Shown here piece by piece: positions 23,472-36,526 of a DNA stretch of 64,000 nt. Origin of the DNA: Octopus sinensis (lineage: Eukaryota). Made by a program: the position numbers and the translations under genes. The notes under the pieces were generated by a model. The model did not search any database. It saw only the letters and a program-made list of their open reading frames with translations, and was not told where the DNA came from. Where the stretch lies: the NCBI RefSeq assembly GCF_006345805.1, contig NC_042999.1, positions 24,366,001 through 24,430,000 of the forward strand, given 5' to 3'. The stretch's first letter is position 1. Each line of letters opens with the position of its first letter.

Positions 23472-23969
23472 CCAATCGTATAATGGTATATCCATCCTTC
23501 TACCTGGAATGGCCATTATAAATACGGATTCCGGGATCTTTTCGGTTTGAACGGCAGTTTTTTCTAGCGGTGTCATATGAAATTGTCACCCATAATTATG
23601 ACCCTAGTATCGATCTATTGCATTTCAATCTCTTTTAGGGTTAGGGTTAGGGTGGGGGAAGGATATCTTTTTTTCTTCACAAATGTAAATAAACCCAATC
23701 TGTTTCTTAAACGAGGGACATATTCATACGGCACATAATGTTTCTTTACCTCAATGGACGTCATTGATTGGTTGAAATTGCAGAAATTGAAGAAAAAAAC
23801 AATATCTTACAAACTATAGAATTTTCTCAATAAAGCCAAGAGAAAAAGATGTTTTATAAACACATTCTACTAGTATACGAAGTTTAAAATTTTTTAGTGA
23901 CCGAGAAATTATGTCAAAAACTGCCGTTCAAACCGAAAAGATCCCGGATTCCGTAGACACACTCCAGTT
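23472..23969 (+). promoter_or_regulatory. Candidate Pol II core promoter (CCAAT-TATA-Inr) interrupted by a MITE
   Basis: CCAAT 23472, TATAAATA 23517; after removing the MITE and one TSD copy, the A of ccAgtt (23966) lies 29 nt from the TATA start. Confidence 0.45.
23534..23944. mobile_element. MITE with GGATC termini (MULE-like), copy 1
   Basis: TIR ggatcttttcggtttgaacggcagttttt / aaaaactgccgttcaaaccgaaaagatcc; 9-bp TSD cggattccg; internal ttagggttagggttaggg; sister copy 63069-63480. Confidence 0.85.
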
Positions 23970-24540
23970 AGCCAGCAGTGAACAGTCAGCACGGTGAGGA
24001 AATGGTGACCACTGTGAGCCAAGCGACACGACAGTGGCAGTTGCAAACCACGAACAGACGAAACTGAAGAAGAACACAGACACAAACCAAAACAAGACAA
24101 AAAACATTTCGTATATAAAAAAAAAAGAAACGTTTTTCTGTATAAACGAAAAACATTTTTTATCAACACCTTAATTGTTCTGCCGATTGAACAGACTGAA
24201 TATTTAACCAACGTTCTTTTTGCATGAACATTTTCATTTCTATGTAAAATTACATTTTCTTGCATGCACATATGTTTTGCTTTGTTTTAAAAATGTGTTG
24301 CTCTATGTTATTACATCTGCATGCTTACACACATACACCAACTCTGAAAGTTTATCTTTACTCTCATTTTCTTTAATATTTTTCCATTTCTTTCACTTCA
24401 GCTGTTTTTGACAAATGTTCATTTGTTAGTAAATGACTGTATATACATTTTCTGCTTCACACACCAAGTCATGCATTTTCAATTTTACATACATCTGTGT
24501 CGTGCGATCTCTTTGGCTTTCTCACTGGAAGCAGGATAGT

Positions 24541-24685
24541 GTGGAAACTCACCCATCACTTTCTGACAGGACAAGGAAATGTTTGCCCCCCCCCCCCTAC
24601 CCGGTCAGCCTATAGCAGTGGATCGGGCGAGCGAGAGTCCTTAAAAACAGTTTCGAATCTCAGCCCGGAAAATAAAATGTAGTTT
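24541..24685 (-). repeat. Right arm of ~135-bp inverted repeat
   Basis: Reverse complement of 23279-23411 with a poly-C expansion. Confidence 0.85.
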
Positions 24686-25030
24686 TCACCCATCAAATAC
24701 AAAATATGTATATATGTACTCATGCAAAACTAGAGAAAGCAAAAGGTGGAAACTATCAGGTAATGAATTTTTTAAAATAAATATATAGATATTTATATTA
24801 ATGTTAATAAGTACTACTTACACAGAGTGCAAACGACAGAGAAAATTAAAGGGGTGGAAAAAAGGTGTTATAAGTCTCTCGTTTTGCATGTTTACATATA
24901 TATTTTGGATTTGGTGTATTTAATACGTTTAATATATTTGATGTATCTAATTTGTTTATCCGCATAATCGCTTCTCTCTCTCTCTCTCTCTCTCTCTCAC
25001 TTATATCCTTGTATTAGTTATATAATATAA

Positions 25031-25206
25031 TGAAGTAGGGAGGAATAAGCGCTAGTATCTATTACACGAAACGCAACGCTCTGTATCAAAGGCTCGTAGT
25101 GAACTACTACTAACACTAACTGCCAATCGCACACAGTTCTTTGTTTTATGACAATGAGACAGTCCACATTTAATGACTTTGGGGTGATCGGAATCCTTCT
25201 TCAACA
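25031..25206 (-). mobile_element. Gypsy 3' LTR (~176 bp)
   Basis: Minus strand TGTTGAAG...CTACTTCA directly after polypurine tract AAAAGGGGAGA (25207-25217); left boundary inferred from the CA end. Confidence 0.6.
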
Positions 25207-28140
25207 TCTCCCCTTTTGAGAATTGAACTCCGCTCAGAGTTTTAATATCTCTTACGTTAACAGTTTAATTCCAGTGTTTCCGTTCTTTTCCGTTTTCTGG
25301 TGCTAGAACGTGTAGCTTCAAATTGTTTGGGTATTGGTACCTCAAACGTGTCGTACAATACTTCCATGGGAATTTCATTTCCCGTGACTGTTTTTCTGTG
25401 ATTTTTTTCTTAAGCTGGGTAATATGTCTTTTGTATTCGACATTTTTTTCATTTTAGCAGAAATATCATTCTTCCAATTTGTTTAATTATTACACCGTCC
25501 TCCCAGCTTTCTATACCATATCTATAGGTTTTAAAGAAAACTTTGTCACCTAAGTTCCATTGTCCAACACAATGGTATCCGAAATACCATACCTGGTGAG
25601 TGATTCGTGTAAAAAAACATATTGTAACCGCAGGTGTCGGCTTTTTACATTTATGCACTTCCAGTCATTTTGAGAGACTATCCACCACCACAAGGTGATA
25701 TATGCCCTTGAGTTGACCTATGTAATCAATATGCAGTCTGACCCATGGAACATTTATTTTTGGCCACGGTTGCCATTTAGTGGTAGGTATTTTTGCGGCT
25801 AAGGCTCACCCTCTGCATGATTTCACAAATTCTTCAACGTCACGGTCCATTGTTGACCAATATACTTAACTTCTCATTAATGATTTCATTCTCTGGGTGA
25901 CCCAGTTGAAATTCGTTTAATAATCGTTTTGTAGTGTGGCTGGCACTACGACTCTTTGTGCTTACATCAATACATTGTCACAGTGAGAAATGGTTCGCAT
26001 TTGTGTTGCGCATATTTTTATCACTTTTACCCTTCAGTATGTCTTAAATTTTTAGAATGAATTTATCATTTTCCGATTTTAATTTTGTCTTGTAAGGTGA
26101 CTGGCAGTTCACGAATGACGTTACACAAAACATTTTTAATTTCATTTTCCGCTCGCAAAGCGGCAATCACAGTATCTTTAGATGGTTCTACTTCTTTCGA
26201 AATCAGTCTTGATAGACAATCTGTATGATCTAGTCTCTTGGATGTTATATGCTCCATCTTGAAATCGTAGTTTAATTATATCGTACCCCAGCGTTGTAAC
26301 CTATTAGCTGTATGTAATTCAGTAGAAATCCCCTTTTTCGACCCAAATATTGATAATAACTGGTGGTGATCAGTCTGTAGACGAAAACTTCAACCGTGAA
26401 AGAATCTGTGAAATTTTTTCACGGCAAAAATGATCCCAAGAGCTTCTTTGTCGATTTGACTATAATTTTTCTCTGCTGCTATCAGAGGACTTGAGGTGTG
26501 AACTACCACCTTCATGTTACCATCTTTATATTTATGTAATATTACTGCTCCTATACCGTACTCAGAAGCGTCTGAAGCTACAAAAATGTCCGCTGCATGA
26601 TCGAAATGTGTTAACGACAAATCAGATGTTAGTATTTTTTATTTCGTCAAACGCCTTTTGACAATTTTCTGACCAATTCCATTTCATATCTTTTTTCAGC
26701 AGATTATTCAGTGGAACTCTCACCTTATGCATATTTGGAATACAATTTTTGGTAATAATTTGTCAGTCCTAAAAATGCTTGTAAGGTCGATATATTTGTC
26801 GGGGTGGGGGAGGCTTATTTTCAACTGCGTCTGCCCTCGACAGGTCTGGTCGACGTCCATTTCTGTCAATGATTTGTCCTAAATATCTTATTTTCGGTAA
26901 GAAAAATTCAAAGTAAAGCCGAAATCCCTAATTCTTTTGAATATATATTTTACGTACTCTACGCTTTGATCCCTTGATTCGCTTTTAGTGAGTATATCAT
27001 CTAGATATGGAATTGCGAATTCACAGTCCGCTAACATTGCATCCATGTTGAAAAATTGCTGGTGCGGCTTTTAAGCCAAATGGTAACCTGTTGTATTTAT
27101 ACAGTTGTTTATATGTGTTAATTGTTAAATATTTAGAGCATTCATCGTCTACTCTAATCTGTAGATACGCGTTAGAGAGATCCAATTTAGAAAATACTTT
27201 GCCACTGTTTAATTTCGCAAAAATATTCTCCGGAGTAGATAGCCGATAGTGGCACGTTTAAAGACATTCGTTTAAACCAGTGAAAAAATCAGTACACACT
27301 CTGATTTTATTATTCTTTTTCTTAATGTGCACAATCGGTGCTGTTCATTTAGAATATTCCACTTTTTGGATAACTCGAATTTTTCTAGTCTCTCTAAATC
27401 TAAGTTTATCTGTTCTAACTCTGCGAACGGTACCGCTCGTTTTTGTTTAAATGTCGGTATGGTGTTTTCTTGTATTTAAAACCGTGCCTTCGTTTTGGTA
27501 CACAGACCTAATTTATCGGACAGAACTTCAGGAAAAAAAATTTTTTTTTTCAATTCGTCTGACGATTTATTTATACTGGAGGAAAAACCATTTACATTTT
27601 TATAGAAAAGATTTATGGAGAGGTCCCATAAATTAAATAATTCTATCCCGTCAGTACCGAACAAGTTGTATTATTTAACACAAAAAGGCGGCGAGCTGGC
27701 AGAGTGGTTAGCACGTCGGGCGAAATGCTTAGCGGTATTTCGTCTGCCGCTACGTCCTGAGTTCAAATTCCACCGAGGTCGACTTTGCCTTTCATCCTTT
27801 CGGGGTCGATAAATTAAGTACCAGTTACGTACTGGGGTCGATGTAATCGACTTAATACTTATGTCTGTCTTTGTTTGTCCCCTCTATGTTTAGCCCCTTG
27901 TGGGTAATAAAGAAATATGTATTATTTAACACAAAATTTTAGCCTTGAAGGTTTTTACGAAATATAATACTACTTATCAATTTGCTCTTGAAATATAATT
28001 GTTTTCCTGAAACACAACGGGCAATTTTCGAGTTTTCATTTGATTTAGGTCCCTCAATCTTTTTCCATGTATCTGTGTTAATTATTGCGATGTCGCTGCC
28101 TGTATCCAATTATAATTTTAATGGATCTATAATTTTTTTT
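25207..28140 (-). mobile_element. Ty3/Gypsy pol relic (PR-RT-RNase H-IN), decayed
   Basis: Protease LDTGSDI (28092-28109); RT YLDD (~26996-27007); RNase H ASDASEYGIGAVI...NYSQIDKEALGIIFAVKKFH; integrase WVRLHIDY...LVVVDS; order PR-RT-RH-IN; many stops and frameshifts; SINE inserted at 27686. Confidence 0.9.
27686..27915 (+). mobile_element. SINE family A monomer inserted in Gypsy
   Basis: Full head to tail; flanked by the duplication ttatttaacacaaaa. Confidence 0.9.
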
Positions 28141-28619
28141 ACCACCACGGAAGTTTCATTCTTCGCTACAAGGTTCGTCCGTGATATAGCTAGCCAATTT
28201 GGTATGACAATCTGGCCTTCCATAGTCCTTTCGAACATCTATATTGATGGTTTTCTGTAAACAATATCAGCCTCTTGTACCAGTATCCAACTATTAGATC
28301 CTTCCAGCTATTATATGCCTTCTCAAGAAGGCATATAATTCTCATGAATTTGTGTACAGCTATGGTAAAAGTCTCGGGTTCAAGTATGTACTTTTTACTG
28401 TCGATGTTGGTACAGTGTTCTTTCTTAACTGTATTTAGCCACGATACACTAAGGTTGAAATCTTACTTTTCATGTCAGATCTTCAAGTTCCTTTTGAGAA
28501 AGGGATTTCTTATCGGCCTGTATGTATGTATGTATGTATGTATGTATGTATGTATGTATGTATGTATGCATGCATGTATGTATGTATGCATGCATATATG
28601 TATGTATGCGCGCGCGTTA

Positions 28620-28740
28620 AAAGTTAAAAGTACGTGTGGCTGTGGAGTGCTCGGCCACTTGTACGTTAATTTCATGAGCAGGATGTTCCGTTGATCGGGT
28701 CAACCGGAACACTCGTGGTCGTAACCGACGAAGTGCCACT
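28620..28740 (+). repeat. Probable SINE/LINE 3' tail fragment
   Basis: gtacgttaatttcatgagcaggatgttccgttgatcgggtcaaccggaacactcgtggtcgtaaccgacgaagtgcca; recalled as a cephalopod repeat tail, single copy here. Confidence 0.35.
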
Positions 28741-28861
28741 TGTATATAAACATGCATATCGTGTGTACGAATTTTTCCTACACATCTTTGTACTTTGCGA
28801 ACATCTTATATTCTCTTTCCCTTTATTGTTCATGAAGTTGCTATAACTTTTATGCATGTTT

Positions 28862-29130
28862 ACTCCTTTCTCCATTTACTTTGGCCTACATTCTCCTTTA
28901 CTCCTTTACTTGTTTCAGTCATTTGACTGCGGCCATGCTGGAGCACCGCCTTTTAATCGAGCAACTCGACCCCGGGACTTATTCTTTTTTGTAAGCCCAG
29001 TACTTATTCTATCGGTCTCTTTTTGCCGAACCGCTAAGTGACGGGGATGTAAACACACCAGCATCGGTTGTCAAGAAATGCTAGGGGAACAAACACAGAC
29101 ACACAAACACACACACACATACATACATAT

Positions 29131-29192
<62 letters not shown>

Positions 29193-29360
29193 ACATATAT
29201 ACGACAGGCTTCTTTCAGTTTCCGTCTACCAAATCCACTCACAAGGCATTGGTCGGCCCGGGGCTATAGCAGAAGACACTTGCCCAAGATGCCACGCAGT
29301 GGGACTGAACCCGGAACCATGTGGTTGGTTAGCAAGCTACTTACCACACAGCCACTCGTG
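28862..29360 (-). mobile_element. SINE family B, full length
   Basis: tRNA-like head (gtggctgtgtggtaagtagcttgctaaccaaccacatggttccgggttcagtccc), internal (TA)n(TG)n, tail (GAGTAAAG)n-like. Confidence 0.9.
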
Positions 29361-29483
29361 CGTCTATCTACATTATGGATAGACTTTTTAGAAATAATTG
29401 TCCGTATGTGGCTCACAAGATGTAGTTTATGCTTCAAACTAGTCTGCAAAACTAAGCAAGGATGACACCCTTGGGTTCTAGAT

Positions 29484-29703
29484 CAGTGCTTTTCAAACTT
29501 TTTTGCTGGAGCGGAACCCCAAGAAAACATTTCACTGGCTCGAGGAACCCCTGTGCAATAATTTAATTGTCCTATGCACACATATCTGCACAGGAGAATT
29601 ACAAATTACTGTCGATTTTAGCATTTTTGTAACTTCTTGCGGAACCCCTGGACTGTACTGGCGGAACCCTAAGGTTCCGCGGAACCCTGGTTGAAAACCA
29701 CTG
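29484..29703. mobile_element. hAT (Charlie-like) MITE
   Basis: TIR cagtgcttttcaaac / ggttgaaaaccactg; exact 8-bp TSD ttctagat; five internal ggaaccc motifs. Confidence 0.9.
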
Positions 29704-30599
29704 TTCTAGATAAACGGATCGCATGTCACTAACAATCAGGAATCATCATATCACTAATAGTCAGTTTCTTGACACTTGAATCTACCTTACTACTGGTGTT
29801 CATTATTTCTTTGTATATGTCTTAGAATGAACGAAAGCTACAGTTTGACTGTAGCTGATGTCTGAGTAATTATCTGCCAAAATTTCTAATTTGTTTTATT
29901 TGCGTTGTTAAAGCGCTTAGGTCGAAAATGTTAAATTTTGAAACTGCATTTTTAAAAGCTTGTAACAGGATGAGAGATTCCCGCATCGGATGGGTGCTAC
30001 GCGCATCCTTTACATTAAATATTAATCGAAGAAAGCGTCAAGATTTTCCGATTAGCTTCAACAGTATAAATACTTATTCTTTGATTCGCAGATATAAACA
30101 TTTCCTTCCTCTGGGCGAATCAGCAGCCTAGGAGCTTATCGGCAGTAGTCAAGTGGCTTGAGTCAATCCTGCCCGTTCAGGCATAGCGGGGATGCGCCAC
30201 AGCTGCTACAGACACGCCTGTGAGAGCAAATGTTACAGTTGATTCGGAAAACGAGTTTGGATATATTAGGTATTCTAAATCTGTGTCAATGACTGTATAT
30301 GGTTTTACTTTGTTATCTTTGTCCTCGACATGAAAGCCTGCTAAAGTGATCATATATTCTAGAGACTCCACTTCCATCGCAATACCATCTATATTTCTGG
30401 AACTGAAGGTACGAGAGTAAGTCTTCAGAGGGTTCTACTTTTGCCGAATGAAAAGTAGGCGTTCCGTTCAAATTCTGACATTTTGAAGATAATTTTTCTC
30501 GATTTGCTATTTCTTTCATCTGAATGTCCAACCCAGTTAGTTTCTTCTTAGTATTTTTCTATGGTAAAAGTGAAAACTGGAACCTATGGATAGCATCTT

Positions 30600-31025
30600 C
30601 TCTTTACTCTTTTACTCTTTACTCATTTACTTGTTTCAGTCATTTGACTGCGGCCATGCTGGAGCACCGCCTTTAATCGAGCAACTCGACCCCGGGACTT
30701 ATTCTTTTGTAGCCCAGTATATTCTATCGGTCTCTTTTGCCGAACCGCTAAGTAACGGGGACATAAACACACCAGCATCGGTTGTCAAGCAATGCTAGAG
30801 GGACACACACAGACACACAAACACACACACATACATATACATATATATACATATATACGACAGGCTTCTTTCAGTTTCCGTCTACCAAATCCACTCACAA
30901 GGCTTTGGTCGGCTATAGTAGGCTATAGTAGAAGACACTTGCCCAAGATGCCACGCAGTGGGACTGAACCCGGAACCATGTGGTTGGTTAGCAAGCTACT
31001 TACCACACAGCCACTCCTGCGCCTG
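30600..31025 (-). mobile_element. SINE family B, full length
   Basis: Highly similar to 28862-29360. Confidence 0.9.
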
Positions 31026-31774
31026 TAAAAAAAATTTTAAGTCTTCACGTTTTTCGATGTTTTCACTACTTTGTACAAGTTTTTCTCCGTAATGCCTTTG
31101 AATACTGAGGTATACATTCATAAATATTTCATTCTTCTACATAAGTATTCAGGTTTGGCATTTCTAATTTGATATTTTCCGTGTTGGCATTGTACTTCAT
31201 CATGGATAATTCTTCAATCGCTTTGTTAAATAACCTAGGTTGAACTGTTCATGTATAAACCTTTAACGCATTTCTCAAATCTCATGGTCAGAAAATTGAC
31301 GTCAAACCCTGAGATTGTTTACTCAAACAAAAGTAGGACATTGAGTCAACAAAAATTTTTAGTCGTGTTAACATTGACAAAATTCTATTGACATGTCATA
31401 ATGGCATTTGTATTCAACTAGGGCAAATTCATAGAAAAATTATGGCTGTATTTCAAAAGTGTTTCGGCATTAATAGACAATTATTTAGAGACATTTCCAA
31501 CAAAATCCCTTCCGAATATGTATTCTAATCGGGTAAAGATGTTGTTCTTGTCTTTTCTCTTTTTCGTCGACAAAATTTGTAGCACACTTGTCGCCACAAA
31601 ATCCGGCCCCTTTTTTTTTTATCATCGACAGGTTTATCAACAACTGAGATTAAAGCATCGCCAGTGAAGATCTTTGGCAGATTTGGAACGTGTCTTTGGA
31701 CATGGCTTCGGGCTGTCTATTATTGTGCAAGTGAAATTTGGCAGGCAGAAAATGTACGTAATTCCGTCGTACAC

Positions 31775-32571
31775 TCACACGCACACACATGTACGTACGT
31801 ACGTACGTATGTATGTATGTATGTATGTATGTATGTATGTATGTATGTATGTATTATGTATGTATGTATGTGTGTGTATGCATGTATGTATGTATGTATG
31901 TATGTGTGTATGTATGCATGTATGTATGTGTGTATGTATGTATGTATGTATGTGTGTATGTATGTATGTATGTATGTGTGTATGTATGCATGTATGTATG
32001 TATGTATGTATGTATGTATGTGTGTGTGTATGTGTGTGTGTATGTATGTATGTATGTATGTATGTATGTATGTATGTATGTATGTATGTATGTGTGTGTG
32101 TATGTGTGTGTGTATGTATGTATGTATGTATGTATGTATGTACGTATGTATGTATGTATGTATGTATGTATGTACGTACGTATGTATGTATGTATGTATG
32201 TATGTATGTATGTATTATGTATGTATGTATGTATGTGTGTGTGTATGTGTGTGTGTATGTATGTATGTGTGTGTATGCATGTATGTATGTATGTATGTGT
32301 GTGTATGTATGTATGTATGTATGTGTGTATGTATGCATGTATGTATGTGTGTATGTATGTATGTATGTGCGTGTGTATATACGTGAGCGTGTGTGTGCGT
32401 GTATATGTGTCCATGTATGTGTGTGTATGTGTACGTGAGTGTGTGCATGTGTTTGTGTGTGTGTGTGTGTTTGTGTTTGTGTGTTTGTGTGCGTGTGTGT
32501 GTTTGTGTGTGTCTGTGTCTGTGTGTGTGCGTGTGTGTGTTTGTGTGTGTATGTGTGTGTGTATGTGTGTG

Positions 32572-32602
<31 letters not shown>

Positions 32603-32612
32603 CTGCGTGTCT
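31775..32612. repeat. (GTAT)n/(GT)n array
   Basis: Direct sequence. Confidence 0.95.
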
Positions 32613-32939
32613 GTGCATGTCCTCTTTGTCCGTGTTTTCCTAGATGCTGACAGAAAGAATCCGATAAAATTAGTGCTAGATTTTAAAAAATAATTAATAG
32701 CTAATAACTCTTTATCTATTGATTAATGGCGAAAATGATTTTCATGGCATTGATTAACCTATATAAAAGTTACACTGAATATGAAATCAATTCGAACAGA
32801 AATGGACCTTGGCACCCGAACAGAAAAGATCCCAGATTTTCGATCCTAGGATCACCCTGATTCCAAAATAGTATATACCTATGTAGACCAAGTGTAGACT
32901 GAGATTCAGGGGTCGAAGACAGACAGAATTTTGCTTGTA

Positions 32940-33080
32940 TTGATATACATGTATGCATGTGTGGGTGTGTGTGTGTGCGTGTGTGTATGTGTGTATGTGT
33001 GTATATGTATATATGTCTATATATGCATATATATATATATGCATATATATACATATTATATATATAGATATATATATATA

Positions 33081-33151
<71 letters not shown>

Positions 33152-33371
33152 TATATATATATACATATATATATACATACATACATACATACACATACAC
33201 ACACACACACACTTCCATACACACATACAACACATCCATCCATCCATCCATACATACATACATACATACACACACATACACACACACACATACATACATA
33301 CATACATACATACATACATAACATACACACACACACACTTCCATACACACATACACACATCATCCATACAT

Positions 33372-33404
<33 letters not shown>

Positions 33405-33462
33405 TACACACACACACACACATACATACATACATACATACATACATACATACATACATACA
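32940..33462. repeat. Compound (GT)n/(TA)n/(CATA)n array
   Basis: Direct sequence. Confidence 0.95.
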
Positions 33463-34105
33463 TTAAATATTGTAACATCTGAATTCAAAATAGAAATCAC
33501 TCTGCCTCGAAGTTTATCGACAAAAGTAAAAAAGAATTGAAACAAGTAATGATTGTTTTAGGTGTGGAAGAACGCCGTTGCAGCAGCACTTCACCACTGA
33601 TCGAGTGTGTCGCGCGCGCGCATGTGTTTCTCTATAAGTGTGTTACCTATACAACTTGCTATACTAGTACTGGAAAGAAGGAGCAGTTCTGCGGGATATG
33701 AGAGACTGTACAAGAGCAAAAGTGACTGAATGATTGCAACAACTAGAAAGGAATCTCCTTGCTGAGCATAGTTGGAAAGGTCTTTGTTAATGTAGTCCTA
33801 AACAGACCAGCAAAACATCGCTGAATGGTTTACCCCGTTTCTCAGTGCGACTTGAGGCCAGAACACTTCACAATTGACAGGGTCTCCTTTCGACAACTGC
33901 AAGAAAAATAGAAAGAGCAAAAACAGAAACTCTTATCTTATCCTGGTGCAGATTTTTTTATTTTCCTCATCGCGTAACCGCAGTCTATTCGCTCATCTTT
34001 TTAAACCCTTGTCTAGTTCCAATTTTGAGACATCTTTGAAAAGAAGATGGGGGTCATATATGTATATATATCATAGTCAGAAAATTGGCGTCAAACCCTT
34101 ATCTA

Positions 34106-34598
34106 TCTCTATATAAACGGTAGTTTGTCTGTCTGTGTGTCTGTGTGTCTGTTAGGTTGTACCCTCACCCTGACCACAGCTTTCAATCGATTCAGATGAA
34201 ACTTGACACAGACATAGCCCAATGTCATAATTCAAAACTAATGCAGCGAAAATTTTGAAAAGTTCCCCTAGTTCTGAAAAAAATTGATAAATTCGACATG
34301 GGGTCGAGAATCTAAGCTTTTTATTTGCAACACATTTTCTGTTGTAGTTTTCGCAACTTGCAATCGATTTGTTACCCTAAGAAACTTAATTCTGACGTTA
34401 GTTTTCCATGCAATACCTTACCATCAGAAAAAGTCGATAAAATCATGCCATTTTGGGAAATCGCGTTCAAATTCCAGATGACATATTTTCGACAATATCT
34501 TTCACAAATTGTCAGGAATTTTTTTTTAATTAACAGCGAGCATCATGTCTGCTCCAGGGGCTCTTACATACCCGGGCAATGCCGGGCTATGCTGCTAG
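34106..34598 (+). mobile_element. Non-autonomous Helitron family H2
   Basis: A|TCTCTATATAAA 5' end; hairpin cccgggcaatgccggg; CTAG|T 3' end; internal sequence unrelated to H1. Confidence 0.8.
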
Positions 34599-35053
34599 TT
34601 ACTTTTATTTATCTCAAATTTGTGATTAGAAACAACCTGTTCGAAATTCTTGCCAAGATTGAGTATTCAAGGTTATTCACTCACTCTCAACGCTATGAAA
34701 GGCATCATTCAGCTTGATGGCTCTTCTTTGGAATTCATTACCATTTGTAGTGGAGTGAAACAGAGCTGTGTGCTAGTCTTCATCCTGTTGGACATCGTTG
34801 CTGTCCTATTGAAGCATGGCAGCAGTTGAAGTCCCAAAGGCGAATTATTCATCAGGGGCATATCATTTGTAGATGATGTTGCACTGGAAACGCACTCGGA
34901 GGAGCAATGGCAGCGCTTCGTGTGGACAGTCTCACAGGCTGAAGAATATAGAAATAGTGGGCCAAGATGTTAAGCACTTCCCTACTGTTACTATTAAAAG
35001 TGCGAGCTAGAGGCAGTCCACGAGTTTGCATGCCTCGGCTCCACCATCAACTA

Positions 35054-35268
35054 CGAGGGTTCCTGCAAAGTTCCTGGTTTTGGGTAAAAGAAAATACAGG
35101 AGAATCAGTTAATTGATTTTATTCAGCATATTCCCTTCTCAGATTCACACGTTTATTGCAGCGACCCTTCAGTTTTTCTAAGCCCTGTAAAAAAAACTCG
35201 GATGGTTGGGTCTCCAACCAGGCCTTTTGTGATACCCTTAAAACCAGGAACTTTTCAGCATCCCCTCG
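35054..35268. mobile_element. Mariner-derived MITE
   Basis: TA|cgagggttcctgcaaagttcctgg ... ccaggaacttttcagcatcccctcg|TA. Confidence 0.85.
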
Positions 35269-35325
35269 TACAAATTCTCTCTAGAGTCTGAGACCAACAG
35301 ACGTATTGGGAGAGCAGCTTCAATA

Positions 35326-35745
35326 CTTATTTCTTTATTGCCCACAAGGGGCTAAACATAGAGGGGACAAACATGGACAGACATAGGTATTAAGTCGATT
35401 ATATCGACCCCAGTGCGTAACTGGTACTTAATTTATCGACCCCGAAAGGATGAAAGGCAAAGTCGACCTCGGCGGAATTTGAACTCACAACGTAACGGCA
35501 GCCGAAATACCTATTTCTTTACTACCCACAAGGGGCTAATCACAGAGAGGACAAACAAGGACAGACAAACGGATTAAGTCGATTATATCGACCCCAGTGC
35601 GTAACTGGTACTTATTTAATCGACCCCGAAAGGATGAAAGGCAAAGTCGACCTCGGCGGAATTTGAACTCAGAACGTAACGGCAGCCGAAATACCGCTAA
35701 GCATTTCGCCCGGTGTGATAACGATTCTGCCAGCTCGCCGCCTTA
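35326..35745 (-). mobile_element. SINE family A: head plus two tandem units
   Basis: Junction gaaatacctatttc at 35504; cttcaatact occurs on both flanks (TSD-like). Confidence 0.85.
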
Positions 35746-35798
35746 CTGAATACTTCAATACTAGCCAGACTGACATCGAGGCTAGGAAAACAGTAAAC

Positions 35799-36055
35799 CA
35801 ATGGTCCTCAACCGAAGTTCTATGGCCTTTGGGGGTCCATATAAGGTTTTATTGTTAAAATTTATGCGCAGTAAATTGGTTATATTTCTACAATACACGA
35901 AATATTTTAATTTTTTTTTTAACAATTCCTAATGATATTTAATTATAAAGATTCAGTAAAATATTTTCTATATACAATGAAAGGCTATGGAGGCCCCGTG
36001 TAGTAGATTAGGAATCAAACGGGTTTCGTTGACAAAAATGTGTTGAGAACCACTG
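35799..36055. mobile_element. hAT-like MITE
   Basis: TIR caatggtcctcaac / gttgagaaccactg; exact 8-bp TSD cagtaaac. Confidence 0.85.
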
Positions 36056-36144
36056 CAGTAAACTAACGACGCACACCAAGATTGCAATCTACTGAGTTTT
36101 TGTATTCTCAGTAGACAGCTTTAGGGAATGAGACCTGGAGTATC

Positions 36145-36392
36145 AACTATCGGCTCACCGGAAGTTTAGAAGAGACTGTCTCACGCGACCTTATCAGAAG
36201 GCTGCGATTGGTTGGGTTGCATATTGGCGCGCAATAGAGCAAGAGACAAATTGCGCCAATACCAATCAATCAGAGTAGTGGACACAACAGGGCCCAAAAG
36301 TGCGGCCGAAGGCTAGCTGTTATCCACTACGTCCTCATTTATGTATATATAACAGAGAGAGAGGAATTTTCCTAGCGTACGCTACAGATAAT
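36145..36392 (-). mobile_element. Partial copy of the LTR-like element at 40736
   Basis: Reverse complement of ~40730-40983. Confidence 0.75.
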
Positions 36393-36423
36393 AATTATAT
36401 TATATATATATATATACATATAC

Positions 36424-36526
<103 letters not shown>

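Larger units (their letters stand above)
28150..30560 (-). mobile_element. Probable R4/Dong-like (RLE-type) LINE N-terminal/RT-upstream relic, interrupted by a SINE and a MITE
   Basis: 28156-28505: FNLSVSWLNTVKKEHC...KDLIVGYWYKRL and IPNWLAISRTNLVAKNE resemble the segment before RT domain 1 of RLE LINEs; assignment of 28770-30560 is weaker inference from decayed same-strand frames. Confidence 0.45.

Noticed and set aside
30177-30531. Two overlapping ORFs as host exons, with an apparent splice acceptor near 30562
   Set aside because: Frameshift between them, stops downstream and no donor; better explained as a decayed retroelement ORF, though identity is unproven
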